Notes under the pieces: model-generated | What the model saw: the letters and a program-made list of their open reading frames with translations, nothing else | What the model was told of the DNA's origin: nothing | The model's database searches: none | Shown: in pieces, positions 62,901 through 64,000 of the stretch | Layout: each line of letters starts with the position of its first letter | How positions within the stretch are numbered: the first letter of the stretch is position 1 | Assembly (NCBI GenBank): GCA_047967505.1 | Contig: CM106538.1 | Source of the DNA: Dipteris shenzhenensis | Taxonomy: Eukaryota | Direction: 5' to 3' (one strand) | DNA: 64,000 bases | Program-made: the position numbers and the translations under genes

Positions 62901-63992
62901 GGGTGGGGCTGGACCCTGTATTTATAGGGCATCTGCCCTTGAAAGGTGGGCCAAGGGCCCTTGTAATGTGTGCCCCAAAAGGGCAGCCCATAGTCCCATA
63001 AATAGGGAGCTGTGGGTCGGTTTTGGTCGGCCAGGGGCAGGTGGCTGAACCGACCAGCAGTCGGCCCTTTCTAGGGCTGCTGGGTCGGTTGGCTGGCCAG
63101 GCCCTTGAGGGCTATATAAGGAGGCCAGTCAGGCCTCATTTCACATCATCTGGAGCAGCAATTCCACCAGCAGAAGGAGCAGCAGCAGGGCTACCTTTGG
63201 GCCTACAGTCAGGAGGAGAAAGAAGTACCTTGTGCTGCAGACTTAGCTTGCAGGAGGCTGCCCACCTAGACTGGTTTCCAGACAGCAAGGTGGAGAAGAT
63301 CATTCTAGACGGAAAGTCTACTCACGCTCGAGGTGGAGCACGCGGACTCTAGTCTAGAGATAGCCAGCAGATAGGAGGAGGACTTTGTGGTAAGATCAGA
63401 GGACCACACCATTGGTGGGACTCTGGATCTGTCTCTCTTGTATTGTGTCCATAGTTGTGGACGGAAATATATTATTTGGTGGTTTCTCTATCTAGTTTGG
63501 TTCATTGTCTATTGATGAGTCTGCACACCTATTGAATGCACATAAGTAAAGAAGTTTGTGATTCCACACCCACACCGCACACTGTGTGAGCTCCTGGGCA
63601 TTATTTCCGCTGCGTGTACCCTCTGTTGGGTCTTTTCTAATAGGGCTGCCTACCTAGGCTGACACTCAGGGCAGCAAGGTTGAGAAGAACACTCTCGACA
63701 GAGAGTCTACATACGCTCGAGGTGGAGCACGTGGGCTCAAAGATCTAGAAGTGCTTGACATCTAGTAGGAGAACCTTTTGGTATTGTATCATGTCCTACT
63801 TTGTGGACGGACGGAAATATAAAGTGTTGCTTCTATATTTGTCTCTGAGCATTGTATATTTACTGGCTTGCACATCTATGCACATAAGTTTAAGAAGTTC
63901 ATGATTCCACACCCCACACCACATTGTGTGAGCTCCTGGGCAATTCTATCAGTCTTCCGCTGTGCGTACCCTCTGGTGGGTAATTTTTAACA
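59906..63992 (+). mobile_element. Complete non-autonomous LTR retroelement (~1.27-kb LTRs, ~570-bp non-coding interior)
   Basis: TSD TCTTC (59901-59905 / 63993-63997); 5' LTR 59906-61172; PBS TGGTATTAGAGC 61173-61184; PPT GAGAGGTGG 61731-61739; 3' LTR 61740-63992 (interrupted). Confidence 0.92.
62654..63642 (+). mobile_element. Solo LTR of a related family inserted in the 3' LTR
   Basis: Begins with the same TGTTGGAAAGGTCACCTCCCCATCTGTAAG, ends ...TTTTCTAATA, and is flanked by (G)GGGC/GGGC. The host LTR resumes at TGCCTACCTAGG as in the uninterrupted 5' LTR (~60828). Confidence 0.85.
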
Positions 63993-64000
63993 TCTTCTTG

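Overview
Eukaryotic land-plant nuclear DNA, most likely a fern (inferred from the PLS-class PPR gene with a WKKPG-type DYW remnant); I saw no prokaryotic features. About 53 kb (1-53128) is a deep nest of transposable elements. It holds several Ty1/copia elements with intact LTR/PBS/PPT/TSD architecture, an Athila/Tat-like Ty3/gypsy element reduced to gag-protease, and a chromovirus-like gypsy. It also holds a degenerate DDD-type (Sola2-like) DNA transposase with repeat arrays, and a Helentron/Helitron2-like Rep remnant with a nearby RPA70-like OB-fold gene. 53.4-59 kb is a gene island: a CT/GA-rich promoter-like region, a leader carrying an exact 14-codon polyubiquitin junction (RLRGG-MQIFVKTLT), and an intronless PLS-PPR ORF whose E2/DYW deaminase tail is pseudogenised after a premature TAA. 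The window ends with a complete non-autonomous LTR element (59906-63992, TSD TCTTC) carrying a related solo LTR inside its 3' LTR. All calls are by-eye motif recognition; no database searches were run.
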